A stretch of 64,000 nucleotides of DNA, from positions 83,531,972 through 83,595,971 of the forward strand of contig NC_069364.1 of assembly GCF_021730395.1 (NCBI RefSeq), given 5' to 3'. Numbering within the stretch: the first letter of the stretch is position 1; every line of letters starts with the position of its first letter. Below, piece by piece: positions 25,801-37,995 of the stretch. The position numbers and the translations under genes were made by a program. The notes under the pieces were generated by a model. That model was not told where the DNA came from. It worked only from the letters and a program-made list of their open reading frames with translations, and did not search any database. Source of the stretch: Mercenaria mercenaria (taxonomy: Eukaryota).

Positions 25801-26256
25801 GTGGATGTTCTCCAACAAAGTCGTCAGTGTGGATGTTCTCATTTTAATAACGGTGTTTGTTTTGAAAAAATATCGTCAGATATCCTTGAAAATAGCAAAA
25901 TAAAACAATGATTGACTGTTATGCTAGTCACTGATATTAAATGAGCTTCAAATTTGTCCTCATTTCACGAAAATGCGGTCAAAACTCACTGTCTTAGACA
26001 AAAGTGTGGTACAGCTCATACCTTCTTTGCCAACTGTTCGCGTTTTCGAGCAAAAACCAAGCTATACGTACAATATGGAACACTACCGCAGAATAGTATA
26101 CTCCAGGCCGGGTACGGTGCTCTTTATCTCGAGTCGAAAGCTGCAGTAATAAAAAAGTTACAAGACTTTTCTGACCTGAATCGACGTAAATTTGTGTGTG
26201 GTCAGCTCATTTGCGCTGGGTTTTGATGACGTTGCATTCTTGGTTTCCCCACCGTG
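25801..26256. repeat. Right arm of the internal inverted repeat
   Basis: See the left arm. The listed ORF 25954-26226 lies entirely within this arm and is not considered a gene. Confidence 0.7.
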
Positions 26257-26886
26257 TGTAATGACAGGGTAAACTTTAATGTATGATACAGTTAAATGCT
26301 GTTAAACTGTCTTTGCATCATAATATTTTTTCAAAAATATTGTTTAAACTTGACATTAGAAAAGTGTAACCATACCCGGATATAAAATTTTTGATACCCG
26401 GAATACGTTCTATAGAAGTGCTAAACTTACTTTTAGACTGTTGTAAGTTAAATACTTTGCCTAATTTCATTTATTTAAGTGGAAGTTTAAACTTTATCTT
26501 CTGTATGTTGCACACAGAAATTTTTAAATATCAAGTATATGGAGAAGATGTGTACTGAAATTGTAACAAGTAAAATAGTCCTAAACACATAGGTATTGTT
26601 ATTCAATATGCAATTACAAAGTAATGTTACAAGTAAAATACAAGCAGCAGAATTTTTAGTTAATAAATAGGTGTATTTGAGATGACAAACATAGCCTATC
26701 AAAAGACAAAGTATGCCTTATACCATGCCTAAATTATGCCAAATTCCATGCCTAAAGTATGTTAAAATGCACTGAATGCATGTACTAGTTACAATTTTTT
26801 CCTGGGGGAGCATGCCCCCAGACCGACCCTCTTAGAAGTGCCCTTTCCAGTGCCAGCACCCTGCCCTTTTTAAATCCTAGCTGGAG

Positions 26887-29052
26887 CACTGCTAGGTATT
26901 TAGCTGATGAGGTGGACTTTAACTCTGTATTGTGTAACCTGTAGGGATATATAAAGGGATTTCTCTTTCTACTTACTCTAAGGACTTCACATTTGTCGGG
27001 GTTAAATTCCATTTGCCAGACTCTTTCCCATGTTTCTAATTTATGGAGATCTTCTTGAAGGGCTATGCTATCATTATTTGATTTGACAGTGAGGTAAACG
27101 ATGGTGTCATCTGCAAACATACGGGTTTTACATTTGACTGAGTCAGGCAGGTCGTTAATGTATACAAGGAAAAGGCAAGGCCCAAGGACAGACCCCTGTG
27201 GAACTCCAGACAGGACTGGAAGTTCGCTGGACAGGTGACCTTCAACTGCGACCTTCTGGGTACGATTAGAGAGGAAGGATTTGACCCAATTAGTTATTTG
27301 GGGACTAACACCTAGGGATTGTAACTTGTAAATTAGCCTCAAATGGTCAACTTTGTCAAATGCCTTAGAAAAATCCATTACGATGACGTCAGTTTGTTGG
27401 CCTTGTTCTAAATTACTATAAAGTTCCTGGGTAAAATTAATAAGCTGAGTTTCGCAACTATGACCCGACCTGAAACCATGCTGGAACTGGCTGATAATAT
27501 TGTGTTTGTCAAAGAAGGACATAAGATTTGAAACCACGATGTGCTCAAGGAGTTTGGACGCAATACAGGTCAGAGAGATTGGTCGATAGTTGCTGGGTTT
27601 TGATTTGAGACCTTTTTTAAAGACTGGTGCAACTGTTGCCTTTTTCCAGTCTTGAGGGACAATGCCTGTATTTAGGGATAAATTGAAGATGTGGCAAAGG
27701 ACGGGGGCGATTTCTTGGTGAAGTTCCTTGAGAACACGGGGGGATAATTCATCTGGCCCCGACGCTTTATGTGGGGATAGGCCAAGAAGGAGTTTGTCAA
27801 CACCCTCTGGAGTCGCATTTATTTGGTCCATTAGGGAGGAAGGGGATGTTAACAGTTTGGAGCACAAATGTTTAAGGCTTAGGGGCTTAGGTGGGGAGAA
27901 AACTGATTCAAATTGCTTATTAAGGATGTTTGCTTTAGTGACTGGATCAGTATGGGTGAAACCATCTGATTTGAGTGGGGCTATGCCAACATTTTCTTTT
28001 TTGTTATGTTTGATGTAGCTATAGAATTTCTTATTTCTACCAGGTTGGGAATCATGGCTAAAGATGACGTTTTCCATGTATGACCAGTATGAGGCTCTTA
28101 TTTGCCTTTGTATATAGGATTTTAGGGACTTCAGGTTCTGGTTCTTAGCTTGATTTGGGGATTTGTTGAGTTTGTGATAGAGTTTATCACGCTTGTGGAT
28201 AAGCCTGATAATTCTGGGAGTTAACCAAGGCAAGTCGGCACGGGATTTGGATATTTTAGTAGGGATATGCTTGATACAAGATTCATTTAAGCTGTCCTTA
28301 AATGAGTTCCAAGCCTCATCAGGGTTTGTATAGGCCTTACTTATAAAACTACTACTAAATGAGCGCATGTCAGATCTGATCGCCTCCCAGTTAGTTTTCC
28401 GATATTGTTTTGGCTGGATGGGTCGCCCTCTGTTTATTTTGACCTCATGAAATACTGTATCATGGTCAGAGGTTGCAAGGCCGGGAAGTGTCTTGACGAG
28501 GTGGACATGGGATGGGTGGGAGGTAAGGAAGAGGTCAAGGGTATTGGACAACCTGGTTGGGACTTTTACCATCTGTTCCAAATTTAGGTGGGACAGTTTT
28601 TCCATAAAATCTTCATAGAGACTTCTTTTTTTACAATTTGGTTTGAGTGTTTCATTGACCCAGTTGATATCAGGCATGTTGAAGTCTCCAGGGAGCCATA
28701 TTATGCTATCCTTCGGGATTTTACTTAAGGATGACCACAGTTCAGACAATGATAGTTCGTCAAGTTCATGTGGTTTATAGTATGCTCCAACATAAATGTT
28801 TTTTATACCAGTTAAAGTTATTTTTGACCATGTTATATTACAGTTAGTTTTAAGGTCAGGTTGTTCTTGACTGAGTAACGCTTTAGAGATGGCAATCATC
28901 ACTCCCCCGCCCTGTCCACCACACCTATCATCCCTACAGACACTATAGTTTAGGGTATCTGGAAAAATTTCAGAAGAACTGACATCAGGTTTTAACCAGG
29001 TTTCAGTGAGACAGATAATATCAGGTTTGACTTGGTCTACCATTAGATGCAA
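26887..29052 (-). CDS. LINE ORF2: APE-type endonuclease plus reverse transcriptase
   Basis: N-terminus MHLMVDQVKPDIICLTETWLKPD (APE). RT motifs: LSPRVLKELHQEIAP, FDKVDHLRLIYKL, SGVPQGSVLGPCLFLVYINDL, MFADDTIVY. The ORF-track end at 26785 is read-through into the inserted transposon; LINE-derived coding ends at KYL (26890). Confidence 0.75.
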
Positions 29053-29331
29053 GTCAGGTATTTTATTCTTTACGGACCTACAATTGATGTTGAGAATAGT
29101 GAGGCGCTCGGAGTTATTGAGTTTGACTTTAGGTGGCCTTGACTTACTTTTGGGGTTGGGGGTGGATGTTGCTTTTGGGGTTGAAGGTGCATCTTGAAGA
29201 AAAGAGGAGTGGTCTACATTTGTACTGATATTATCATGATCATTATTGAGGGGTGCATAATATTAACTATCACTAAGACTATTAAGGGAGTCAGTCAACG
29301 AAACTGAATAATTAGGAGAACCACATTGACA

Positions 29332-29577
29332 TCAATACCAGCTAAACTTAGAGTCTGATAACCTGTTGTATGTGGAATTACCTACCCCTTCACAAGCTGC
29401 GTGATACCATGTTTCACAGTCATCACATAATATGCCCTTCTGGGACCATGAGACATTTTCAGAGCACTTACCACAAGGATACTGGGTGCCACTGCAAGGA
29501 CCTGGATTTGGTTCGATGTCTGAGATTTGGCTGGCCAGTAGGCAGAACACAGGTTCTCTAGCCAAAGTACCGTGCAT
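29332..29577 (-). CDS. LINE 5' ORF (ORF1-like) with a 2A-like DIEPNPGP motif followed by a Cys/His zinc-finger-like motif
   Basis: Translation: MHGTLAREPVFCLLASQISDIEPNPGPCSGTQYPCGKCSENVSWSQKGILCDDCETWYHAACEG. DIEPNPGP fits the DxExNPGP 2A consensus, encoded at about 29497-29520. It lies 280 bp upstream of ORF2 on the same strand. Confidence 0.45.
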   Translation of the reverse strand: MHGTLAREPVFCLLASQISDIEPNPGPCSGTQYPCGKCSENVSWSQKGILCDDCETWYHAACEGVGNSTYNRLSDSKFSWY

Positions 29578-29650
29578 AGGCTAGAGAACCGGAATTTTAT
29601 TTCTATGCATAAAGCTGCCGAAATTCACTTCGTTTCTTTTGGTATCATGC
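29560..29650. repeat. Inverted repeat arm (partner at 31140-31235) enclosing ~1.5 kb of AT-rich sequence
   Basis: CCAAAGTACCGTGCATAGGCTAGAGAACCGGAATTTTATTTCTATGCATAAAGCTGCCGAAATTCACTT is the reverse complement of 31140-31232. Next to the partner lies a hairpin (GCTAGAGAACCGG...CCGGTTCTCTAGC, 31236-31300). A related hairpin is at 20040-20110. Confidence 0.55.
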
Positions 29651-31867
29651 ATATTATAGGAGAGATTGTGTTTGTACACAAATCCGTTGTATATTCTATT
29701 TTTAGAACTGATAAGACAAAGATCGGGTGGGCAGAGGCCGAGCGTCCATGTTTTTTTTTGTTAACAGTGATGTTTTTCTAACGGCTTAAACTTTCTTAAA
29801 ATACAAATAATATCAATAATTTTTTGATCAATGGAAAGGATATAAACAAGCAATTTATTGATAACTTTTAATCATTATTTCGAAATAAAATGGATTAATT
29901 ATGAACGCTTAACTTACAGTGTTTTTTCTAAAAGTTTGGAGCATCGCTACGCTGCTATTAAAATCATATCTCATTTAAAACGGTTATTCATTTTCAAAAA
30001 ATATTTGAATAAGAAAATATGAAAATTATAAGCATTTCAAAACTTTTTGAATTTTTAAAATCCATAAATGAACGAAGAAGTTATTAAAATTTAAAATTCC
30101 GATCCCATACACAAACGATGTAAAATATTTTGTTTTACCCACCACCAGATAAACAGGTGTTGATGCGTGACGTCAGGGCGATCACTCCTATAATCTTAAA
30201 ATTAATTTTATCATACCCTTGTATTTATCTGCATTTACTGTGTCTTCAGAAGTTTCTCGCAGCATACCGCCATTTTCGGACATTTTTATCATTTCTTACA
30301 AGATTTTTCTGGTACAATCTAAAATAAAAAGCCAATAAAAAGTCTGTATTTAAGAAAAATATGATCACTGTTGCAAAAGCAACTCTTATTTGAAGAATTT
30401 GCCGAGAATAAAGTCATGCAAAGGCACCAAACCCCACCCACTTTAGGCAATGTGCAAAATAAGACAACTAAAATATGAATTGCTTAAGACAATCTGTAAT
30501 GACTATTGTACTTGTTTTAGATAAAGTATGTGGGAGTTTCATTAATAACAGTATATCTTGACTGCTGAAAGGCTGATCTTGACTCTTGAAAATCTGATTT
30601 TGACCCTTGAAAATTTAGGCTGAAGAGTCAATGACTCTTGAGTTTCAGAACCTACCGAACACCCTGGTTATTTGCTTTAAACATGTATTTTATTTAAATT
30701 ATTTAAATGTAAAATTGTATTGTTTTGTATATGTGTCATTAGAAGTAAAACTAACGGATGTACAAAATAATTAAATTGCCGTGATAGCTTCCAGCGGATT
30801 CTTTGCTCACTTTAAATACTGGTTTTTAACACCTCGGTATTTCACGTGCATCAGTCTTTATTGGATTAAAGTTTGCAAGTGATTAGCAAATTGGAAAAAA
30901 CAAAAACATGTAATCAATACTTATTAACAGTAATGACTTAATTTGTTTAGATTGTTTCTTTTACTCTGTTATACCTTTGAGTTTAAATTTCAAGTTTAGT
31001 TCGTCTTGCTCCATGCCGAAAGATTTTACGCATTTTATATCATTCCAATATGGCGGACAGTATGCGGCGAATAGACACAGTAAACGCAAGGGCTTGGCTT
31101 GCTGAAATGGTAAAAATAATTAAGATAATAACATGCATGATACTTACCAAAAGAAACAAAGTGAATTTCGGCAGCTTTATGCATAAAAATTAAATTCCGG
31201 TTCTCGGGCCTATGCACGGTACTTTGGCTAGAGAACCGGTTCCGGACGAATAAGTCCGCTGTCTAGGGAACCGATTCCGGTTCTCTAGCCTCTGCCAAAA
31301 AAAAAAATATCCCCTTTCCCGAAAACATTTACCCCCTCCCAACTTCCACACCCTGGTTACCTCAAAATACCGGCATGCCAAAATACCCCCTCTCCCATAA
31401 CTTGGGTTATGATTTACATTTTACTCGGACTTTATCATAGACTCTCTTTTAATTAAAATAAAAGTATTAAATCGATATAATATTTCAATGAAACTTCAAA
31501 GTTTTGTTGTTTGTAGCATCATCTGGGGCATGTGCAGTGAAAAATCTTAATTTGATATCTAAAATAGTATATTATTTATTTCTAAAGTCACTATATTTTC
31601 ATTGTAAATACACTTGGTTATACCCAAGTGGAAACTGGCAGGTACTCAAAAATGCAGCTCTCTGATTGGTCAGTTAGAACCCCTAATGTACTGTGATGTC
31701 ATAATAAAGTTATGAATAAGGTGGATACAATATACATGCATTCTGTATAGGGGACGATGCCATGATTATGCTATAAAACTTCGTTTACCTTCGACGTTTG
31801 ACAGTTCAGGCCAAAAACAATAGGTCGATCCGTTTCCAGTCTCCTGACTGACCCTCTTTTTTTTTTT

Positions 31868-33552
31868 AGCTCACCTGAGCAATGCTCAGGTGAGTTTTTC
31901 TGATCACTCGATGTCCGGCGTCCGTCGTCTGTCGTCCGTCGTCTGTCAACATTTAGCTTGTGTATGCGATTGAGGCTGTATTTTTTTAATTAATCTTCAT
32001 GAATATTGGTCAGAATGATAACCTTGATGAAATCTAGGCCGAGTTCGAAAATGGGTCATCTCGGGTCAAAAACTAGGTCACTAGGTCAAATCAAAGAAAA
32101 ACCTTGTGTATGCGATAGAGGCTGTATTTTTCATTTAATCTTCATGAATATTGGTTAGAATGATTGCCTTGATGAAATCTAGGTCGAGTTCGAAAATGGG
32201 TCATCTCGGGTCAAAAACTAGGTCACTAGGTCAAATCAAAGAAAAACCTTGTGTATGCGATAGAGGTGGTATTTTTCAATTAATCTTCATGAATATTGGT
32301 CAGAATGATAACCTTGATGAAATCTAAGCCGAGTTCGAAAATGGGTCATCTGGGGTCAAAAACTAGGTCATTAGATCAAATAAAAAAAAAACCTTGTGTA
32401 TGCGATAGAGGCGGTATTTTTCAATTGATCTTCATGAATTTTGGTCAGAATGATTGCCTTGATGAAATCTAGGCTGAGTTCGAAAATGGGTCATCTGGGG
32501 TCAAAAACTAGGTCACTAGGTCAAAACAAAGAAAAACCTTGTGTATGCGATAGAGGCGGTATTTTTCAATTGATCTTCATGAATTTTGGTCAGAATGATT
32601 ACCTTAATGAAATCTAGGCCTAGTTCGAAAATGGGTCATCTGGGGTCAAAAACTAGGTCACTAGGTCATATCACGTAAAAACCTTGTGTATGCGATAGAG
32701 GCTGTATTTTTCAATTGATCTTCATGAATTTTGGTCAGAATGATTGCCTTGATGAAATTTAGACCAAGTTCGAAAATGGGTCATCTGGGGTCAAAAACTA
32801 GGTCTTTAGGTCAAATCAAAGGAAAACCTTGTGTATGCAATGAGGCTGTATTTTTCAACTGATCTTCATGAAATTTAGCCAGAATGATTACCTTGATAAA
32901 ATCTAGGCTGATTTCAAAAATGGGTCATCTGGGGTCAAAAACTAGGTCACTAGGTCAAATCGAAGAAAAACATTGTGTATGCAATAGAGGATGTATTTTT
33001 CAATTGATCTTCATGAAATTTGGTCAGAGTGATTGCCTTGATGAAAACTAGGTCGGTTTTGAATATGGGTTATCTGAGGTCAAAAACTAGGTCACTAGGT
33101 CAAATTAAAGAAAAATCTTGTGTATGCGATAGAGACTGTTTTTTTCAGTTGATATTTATGAAATTTGGTCAGGTTGATTGCCTTAATGAAATCTAGGTCG
33201 AATTTGGATATGGGTCATCTGAGGTCAAAAACTAGGTCACTTGGTCAAATCAAAGAAAAAACTTCTGTAGGTGATAGAGGCTGTATTTTTCAGTTGATCT
33301 TCATGAATTTTGGTCAGAATGATTGCCTTGATAAAATCTAGGTCGAGTTTGAACATGGGTCATCTAGGGTCAAAAACTAGGTCATATCTAAGAAAATGCT
33401 TGTTTTATCGCAAGAGACCAATTTTTTGGTCCAATCTTAATGAAAATTGGTCAGAATATTTGTTTCCATGAAATCACTAGGTCAAACATGTTTTACACTG
33501 TTATGGAGTGTTTCTTAGGTGAGCGACCTAGGGCCATCTTGGCCCTCTTGTT
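31868..33552 (+). mobile_element. Helitron-like non-autonomous element with a ~145-bp x ~10 internal satellite
   Basis: The 5' end is AGCTCACCTGAGCAATGCTCAGGTGAGT (palindrome), then GATCACTCGATGTCCGGCGTCCGTCGTCTGTCGTCCGTCGTCTGTCAAC. The array has unit ...CCTTGTGTATGCGATAGAGGCTGTATTTTTCA...GGTCAAAAACTAGGTCACTAGGTCAAATCAAAGAAAAA. The 3' end is GGTGAGCGACCTAGGGCCATCTTGGCCCTCTTGTT followed by a T run. Confidence 0.5.
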
Positions 33553-33614
33553 TTTTTTTTTTACCACCAACCCTGAACTTTTTATCAGGGGGTAATTTTC
33601 CACCTGTCTGTTTT

Positions 33615-36010
33615 TATGCCCCCGAAGGGAGGCATATTAGTTTTCAACTGTCCGTTCGTTCGTTCGTTAGTTTGTTAGTTCGTTCGTTCGTCACAATGTT
33701 AACTTTTTGCTCCACCCAGGACCTTCAAACTTCACATGCTTATAGTACTTATTGAGTACACCACCCCTACTGACTTTGGGGTCACCAGGTCAAAGGTCAA
33801 GGTCACAGGGGTCAACGTTAACTTTTTGCATGAAGGCACTTTACTCGTGAACCACTGCACCCAGGACCTTCAGACTTCACCTGCTTATAGTACTTATTGA
33901 GTACACCACCCTTACTCACTTTGGGGTCACCAGGTCAAAGGTCAAGGTCACAGGGGTCAACGTTAACTTTTTGCATGAAGGCACTTTACTCGCGAACCAC
34001 TGCACCAAGGACCTTCAAACTTCACATGCTTATAGTACTAATTGAGTACACCAGCCCTACTGACTTTGGGGTCACCAGGTCAAAGGTCAAGGTCACAGGG
34101 GCCAACGTTAACTTTTTGCATGAAGGCACTTTACTCGCGAACCACTGCACCCAGGACCTTCAAACTTCCATGCTTATAGTACTTATTGAGTACACCACCC
34201 TTACTGACTTTGGGGTCACCAGGTCAAAGGTCAAGGTCACAGGGGTCAACGTTAACTTTTTGCATGAAGGCACTTTACTCGCGAACCACTGCACCAAGGA
34301 CCTTCAAACTACACATGCTGAAAGTACTTATTGAGTACACCACCCCTACTGACCTTGGGGCCAACAGATCAAAGGTTAAGGTCACAGGGGCCAACGTTAA
34401 CTTTTTGCATGAAGGCACTTTACTCGCGAACCACTGCACCCAGTACCTTCAAACCTCACATGCTGATAGTACTTATTGAGTACACGGTCCCTACTGACTT
34501 TGGGGTCACCAGGTCAAAGGTCAAGGTCACAGGGGCCAACATTAACTTTTTGCATGAAGGCACTTGACTCGCCAACCACTGCACCCAGGACCTTCAAACT
34601 TCACATGCTGATAGTACTAATTGAGTACACCACCCCTTCTGACTTTGGGGTCACAAGGTCAAGGTCACAGGGGCCAACGTTAACTTTTTGCATGAAGGCA
34701 CTTTACTCGCAAACCACTACACCCAGGACCTTCAAACTTCACATGCTGATAGTACTTATTGAGTACACCACTCCTACTGACTTTGGGGCCACCAGGTCAA
34801 AGGTCAAGGTCACAGGGGCCAACATCAACTTTTTGCATGAAGACACTTTACTCGCGAACCACTTCATCCAGGACCTTCAAACTTTACATGTTGATAGTAC
34901 TTTATGAGTGCACCAACACTACTGACATTGGGGTCACCAGGTCAAAGGTCAAGGTCACAGGGGCCAATGTTAACTTTTTGCATGAAGGCACTTTACATGC
35001 GAACCACTTCACCCAGGACCTTCAAACTTCACCTGCTGATAGTACTTATTGAGTACACCACCCCTACTGACTTTGGGGTCACCAGGTCAAAGGTCAAGGT
35101 CACAGGGGTCAATGTTAACTTTTTGCATTAAGGCACTTTACTCGCGAACCACTGCACCAAGGACCTTCAAACTTCACATGCTGATAGTACTTATTGAGTA
35201 CACCAACCCTACTGACCTTGGGGCCAACAGATCAAAGGTTAAGGTCACAGGGGCCAACGTTAACTTTTTGCATGAAGGCACTTTACTCGCGAACCACTGC
35301 ACCCAGTACCTTCAAACTGCACATGCTGATAGTACTTAATGAGTACACCATCCCTACTGACTTTGGGGTCACCAGGTCAAAGGTCAAGGTCACAGGGGCC
35401 AACATTAGTTTTTTGCATGAAGGCACTTTACTCGCGAACCACTGCACCCAGGACCTTCAAACTTCACATGCTTATAGTACTAATTGAGTACACCACCCCT
35501 ACTGACTTTGGGGTCACCAGGTCAAAGGTCAAGGTCACAGGGGCCAACATTAACTTTTTGCATGAAGGCACTTTACTCGCAAACCACTGCACCCAGGACC
35601 TTCAAACTTCACGTGCTGATAGTACTTATTGAGTACACCACTCCTACTGACTTTGGGGCCACCAGGTCAAAGGTCAAGGTCACAGGGGCCAACATCAACT
35701 TTTTGCATGAAGACACTTTACTCGTGAACCACTTCACCCAGGACCTTCAAACTTTACATGTTGATAGTGCTTTATGAGTACACCAACACTACTGACTTTG
35801 GGGTCACCAGGTCAAAGGTCAAGGTCACAGGGGCCAATGTTAACTTTTTGCATGAAGGCACTTTACATGCGAACCACTTCACCCAGGACCTTCAAACTTC
35901 ACCTGCTGATAGTACTTATTGAGTACACCACCCCTACTGACTTTGGGGTCACCAGGTCAAAGGTCAAGGTACTGCGGGGACATTTGTCACTATCAGTGAC
36001 AGCTCTTGTT
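33615..36010 (+). mobile_element. Helitron-like element with a 145-bp x ~16 satellite array (33690-35990)
   Basis: The 5' end is TATGCCCCCGAAGGGAGGCATAT (hairpin), then GTCCGTTCGTTCGTTCGTT. The array period is 145 bp, with CACCAGGTCAAAGGTCAAGGTCACAGGGG at 33783, 33928 and so on. The 3' end is GTCACTATCAGTGACAGCTCTTGTT. The stacked overlapping ORFs (MSTPPLLTLGSPGQRSRSQG...) are frame-rotated repeat artefacts. Confidence 0.45.
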
Positions 36011-36117
36011 TAAAAATATTTCCGTTTCATTTTAGGGGGCCTGCTGAAAATTATAGAAGAGTTATAAAAATTAAATTTAAAATATTGGCTTGCAGGTTTA
36101 TGTTTTTAGCTCACCTG

Positions 36118-37359
36118 TCACATAGTGACAAGGTGAGCTTTTGTGATCACCCTTTGTCCGTCGTCTGTGCGTGCGTCCGTCCGTCAACAATTTCTTGTCT
36201 GCGCGATAGTGATTTCATTTATGATTTTATTTTAACTAAACTTGCACACAACTTGTATCACAATAAGATCTTGGTTCCTTTTTTGAGATTCCTTTATGGG
36301 TTCCAGAGTTATGGCCCCTGATACGGCCAGAATTAGCTATTTGACCTTGTCTGCACAATAGCAGCTTCATTTATGATTTGAATTTAATCAAACTTGCACA
36401 AAACTTGTGTCACCGTAAGATCTCGGTTCCTTTCTTGAACCGGCCAGATCCCATAATGGGTTCCAGAGTTATGGCCCCTGAAAGGGCCATAATTAGCTAT
36501 TTTGACCTTGTCTGCACAATAGTAGCTTCATTTATGATTTGATTTTAACCAAACTTGCAGACAACTTGTACCACCACAGGTCTTGCTTCCTTTCTTGAAT
36601 TGGTGAGATTCCATCATGGGTTCCAGAGTTATGGCCCCTTAATGGTCCAAAATTGGCTATTTTGACTTTTGTAGCCATATAGAGACTTCATTTATGGTTT
36701 TATTTGATACAAACTTCCAAAATATCTTCAACAACAATAAATCTTGGATTCCATGACAAATCAGATCCAATCGTAGGTTCCAGAGTTATTTTATATCTGA
36801 TTACCTCCCCTGATTGTAATCAAAATGGATTTAGATCAGTAAGTACTTATAGGACTTATTTGAAATTTCATTATTGTTATTAGTTGGACTGAGACAATCA
36901 GGGTAGATAACTATGGACTGATATTATGTCAAATTACCTCCCTTTATTTCAAATTAAAATGGGTATATCTCCATAACTAATGAAGATACTGATCTGAAAT
37001 TTCATTTATGTCAACAGATTTATTTGGCAGATCCTTCTTTTGTTCACTTACAGTATATATTTTTTTTTAATTACTTCCCTTTTACATTACTATAAATAGC
37101 TTATTTTTAGTAACTTTTTTATTATTGGCCATAGGGAAAAACCGAGACCACTTTTCTGTGGTACAACATGGATGGTACCTCCAATTTTTAGGTGTATTTT
37201 GACATATCTATACCTTGTAAGATTTTTTTTTTTTTTGGTTAAATTTCTTCCCTTTGTTGTTCCTGTCCTTTCGACTTAGATATTTTTTCTGAGGAACTTC
37301 TTGTCCTCGAGTGCAGTGATTACAGGTGAGCAATATAGGGCCATCATGGCCCTCTTGTT
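36118..37359 (+). mobile_element. Helitron-like element with a ~162-bp x 3 satellite plus the shared ~700-bp 3' module
   Basis: The 5' end is AGCTCACCTGTCACATAGTGACAAGGTGAGCT, then TTTGTGATCACCCTTTGTCCGTCGTCTGTGCGTGCGTCCGTCCGTCAACAATTTCTTGTCTGC. The array unit is TGACCTTGTCTGCACAATAGCAGCTTCATTTATGATT...GGTTCCAGAGTTATGGCCCCTGAAAGGGCCA. The 3' end is CAGGTGAGCAATATAGGGCCATCATGGCCCTCTTGTT. Confidence 0.5.
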
Positions 37360-37850
37360 GTTTAGTTCTGACCTCTCCATTCAGTCAGAAAACTTCAAAA
37401 CCACCTCCGGGCATAATTTAAAACTTTACCTCCCTTCATGCAAATACGCTTATCAATCAATCTGATTTGTCAAATTTCGCCCTGCCTACTTCTACGATAG
37501 CAAATCTAACGAAATATTACCTGCGCGCTTTGTCTATAAGCTCCACCTATTTTCTTTATGCTAAAAACGCGAGATAAATTTACATGTACAAATTATTTTT
37601 AACATCCAGCTGGCTGGCCAAAGTAGATCTAATGGTAGATCTAATGGTCAGTCACAAGAACCGAAAAAATGCTGGAAATAATGGTAAGTCGAAGCGCTCA
37701 CTAAGAATTAAAAATATGAAAAATTATATGCGATCGATAGATAAATATGCGGGATCGTAAAATACAATGGCTGTATCCATGTTGAAATGGTAATTAGTGC
37801 AGTGTTTCAATCCTCGTTTTCGATCACATTGATTGCAAAATGCAAAAATA

Positions 37851-37995
37851 CCATTACGATGCCGATGGAAGATTCATATTCTTAGATATCGAACTAAATA
37901 ATACACCATATAGGTTTATTAATATTCATTGTCCAAATAATGGAACAGATAGGGAAGTCTTCCTAAGGAATATCGCAAAATACCTAGTTTGTTAA
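37851..37995 (+). mobile_element. Short LINE endonuclease-domain fragment
   Basis: Translation MQKYHYDADGRFIFLDIELNNTPYRFINIHCPNNGTDREVFLRNIAKY resembles the N-terminus of APE-type LINE ORF2 (xLDIELNNT...NIYxPNN). Confidence 0.3.

Larger units (their letters stand above)
22461..26886. mobile_element. 4.4-kb non-autonomous TIR DNA transposon inserted into the LINE (15-bp TIRs, CTAGG target duplication)
   Basis: The left end is CAGTGCTCCAGCTAG (22461-22475). The right end is CTAGCTGGAGCACTG (26872-26886), its exact reverse complement. Both are flanked by CTAGG (22456-22460 and 26887-26891). Removing the insert and one CTAGG rejoins the LINE ORF in frame (SAKYL|GITISNDLNW). There is no long ORF inside. 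It contains ~460-bp internal inverted repeats and a tRNA-like segment. Confidence 0.5.
26887..29600 (-). mobile_element. 5' part of the split CR1/L2-like LINE (ORF1-like region plus ORF2 APE endonuclease and RT)
   Basis: It contains the ORF2 at 26887-29052 and the upstream ORF at 29332-29577. The 5' boundary is uncertain; the inverted repeats at 29560-29650 and 31140-31235 may belong to it or to another element. Confidence 0.65.

Noticed and set aside
26785-26886. Last ~35 codons of the ORF-track LINE ORF2 (…LAVLQLGFKKGRVLALERALLRGSVWGHAPPGKNCN)
   Set aside because: This stretch is read-through into the terminal inverted repeat of the inserted transposon. The LINE sequence stops at KYL (26890).
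29572-31217. ORFs 29572-29781 (+) and 31035-31217 (-), both beginning MHR(L/P)ENRN(F/L)I(S/F)MHKAAEIHFVSFG
   Set aside because: They are the two arms of the 29560/31140 inverted repeat translated in the same relative frame. The identical peptides reflect the repeat, not a gene.
33897-36013. Stack of overlapping plus-strand ORFs (MSTPPLLTLGSPGQRSRSQG...)
   Set aside because: They are translations of the 145-bp satellite. 145 is not a multiple of 3, so each monomer opens the next frame. There is no independent coding signal and each begins at a repeat-internal ATG.
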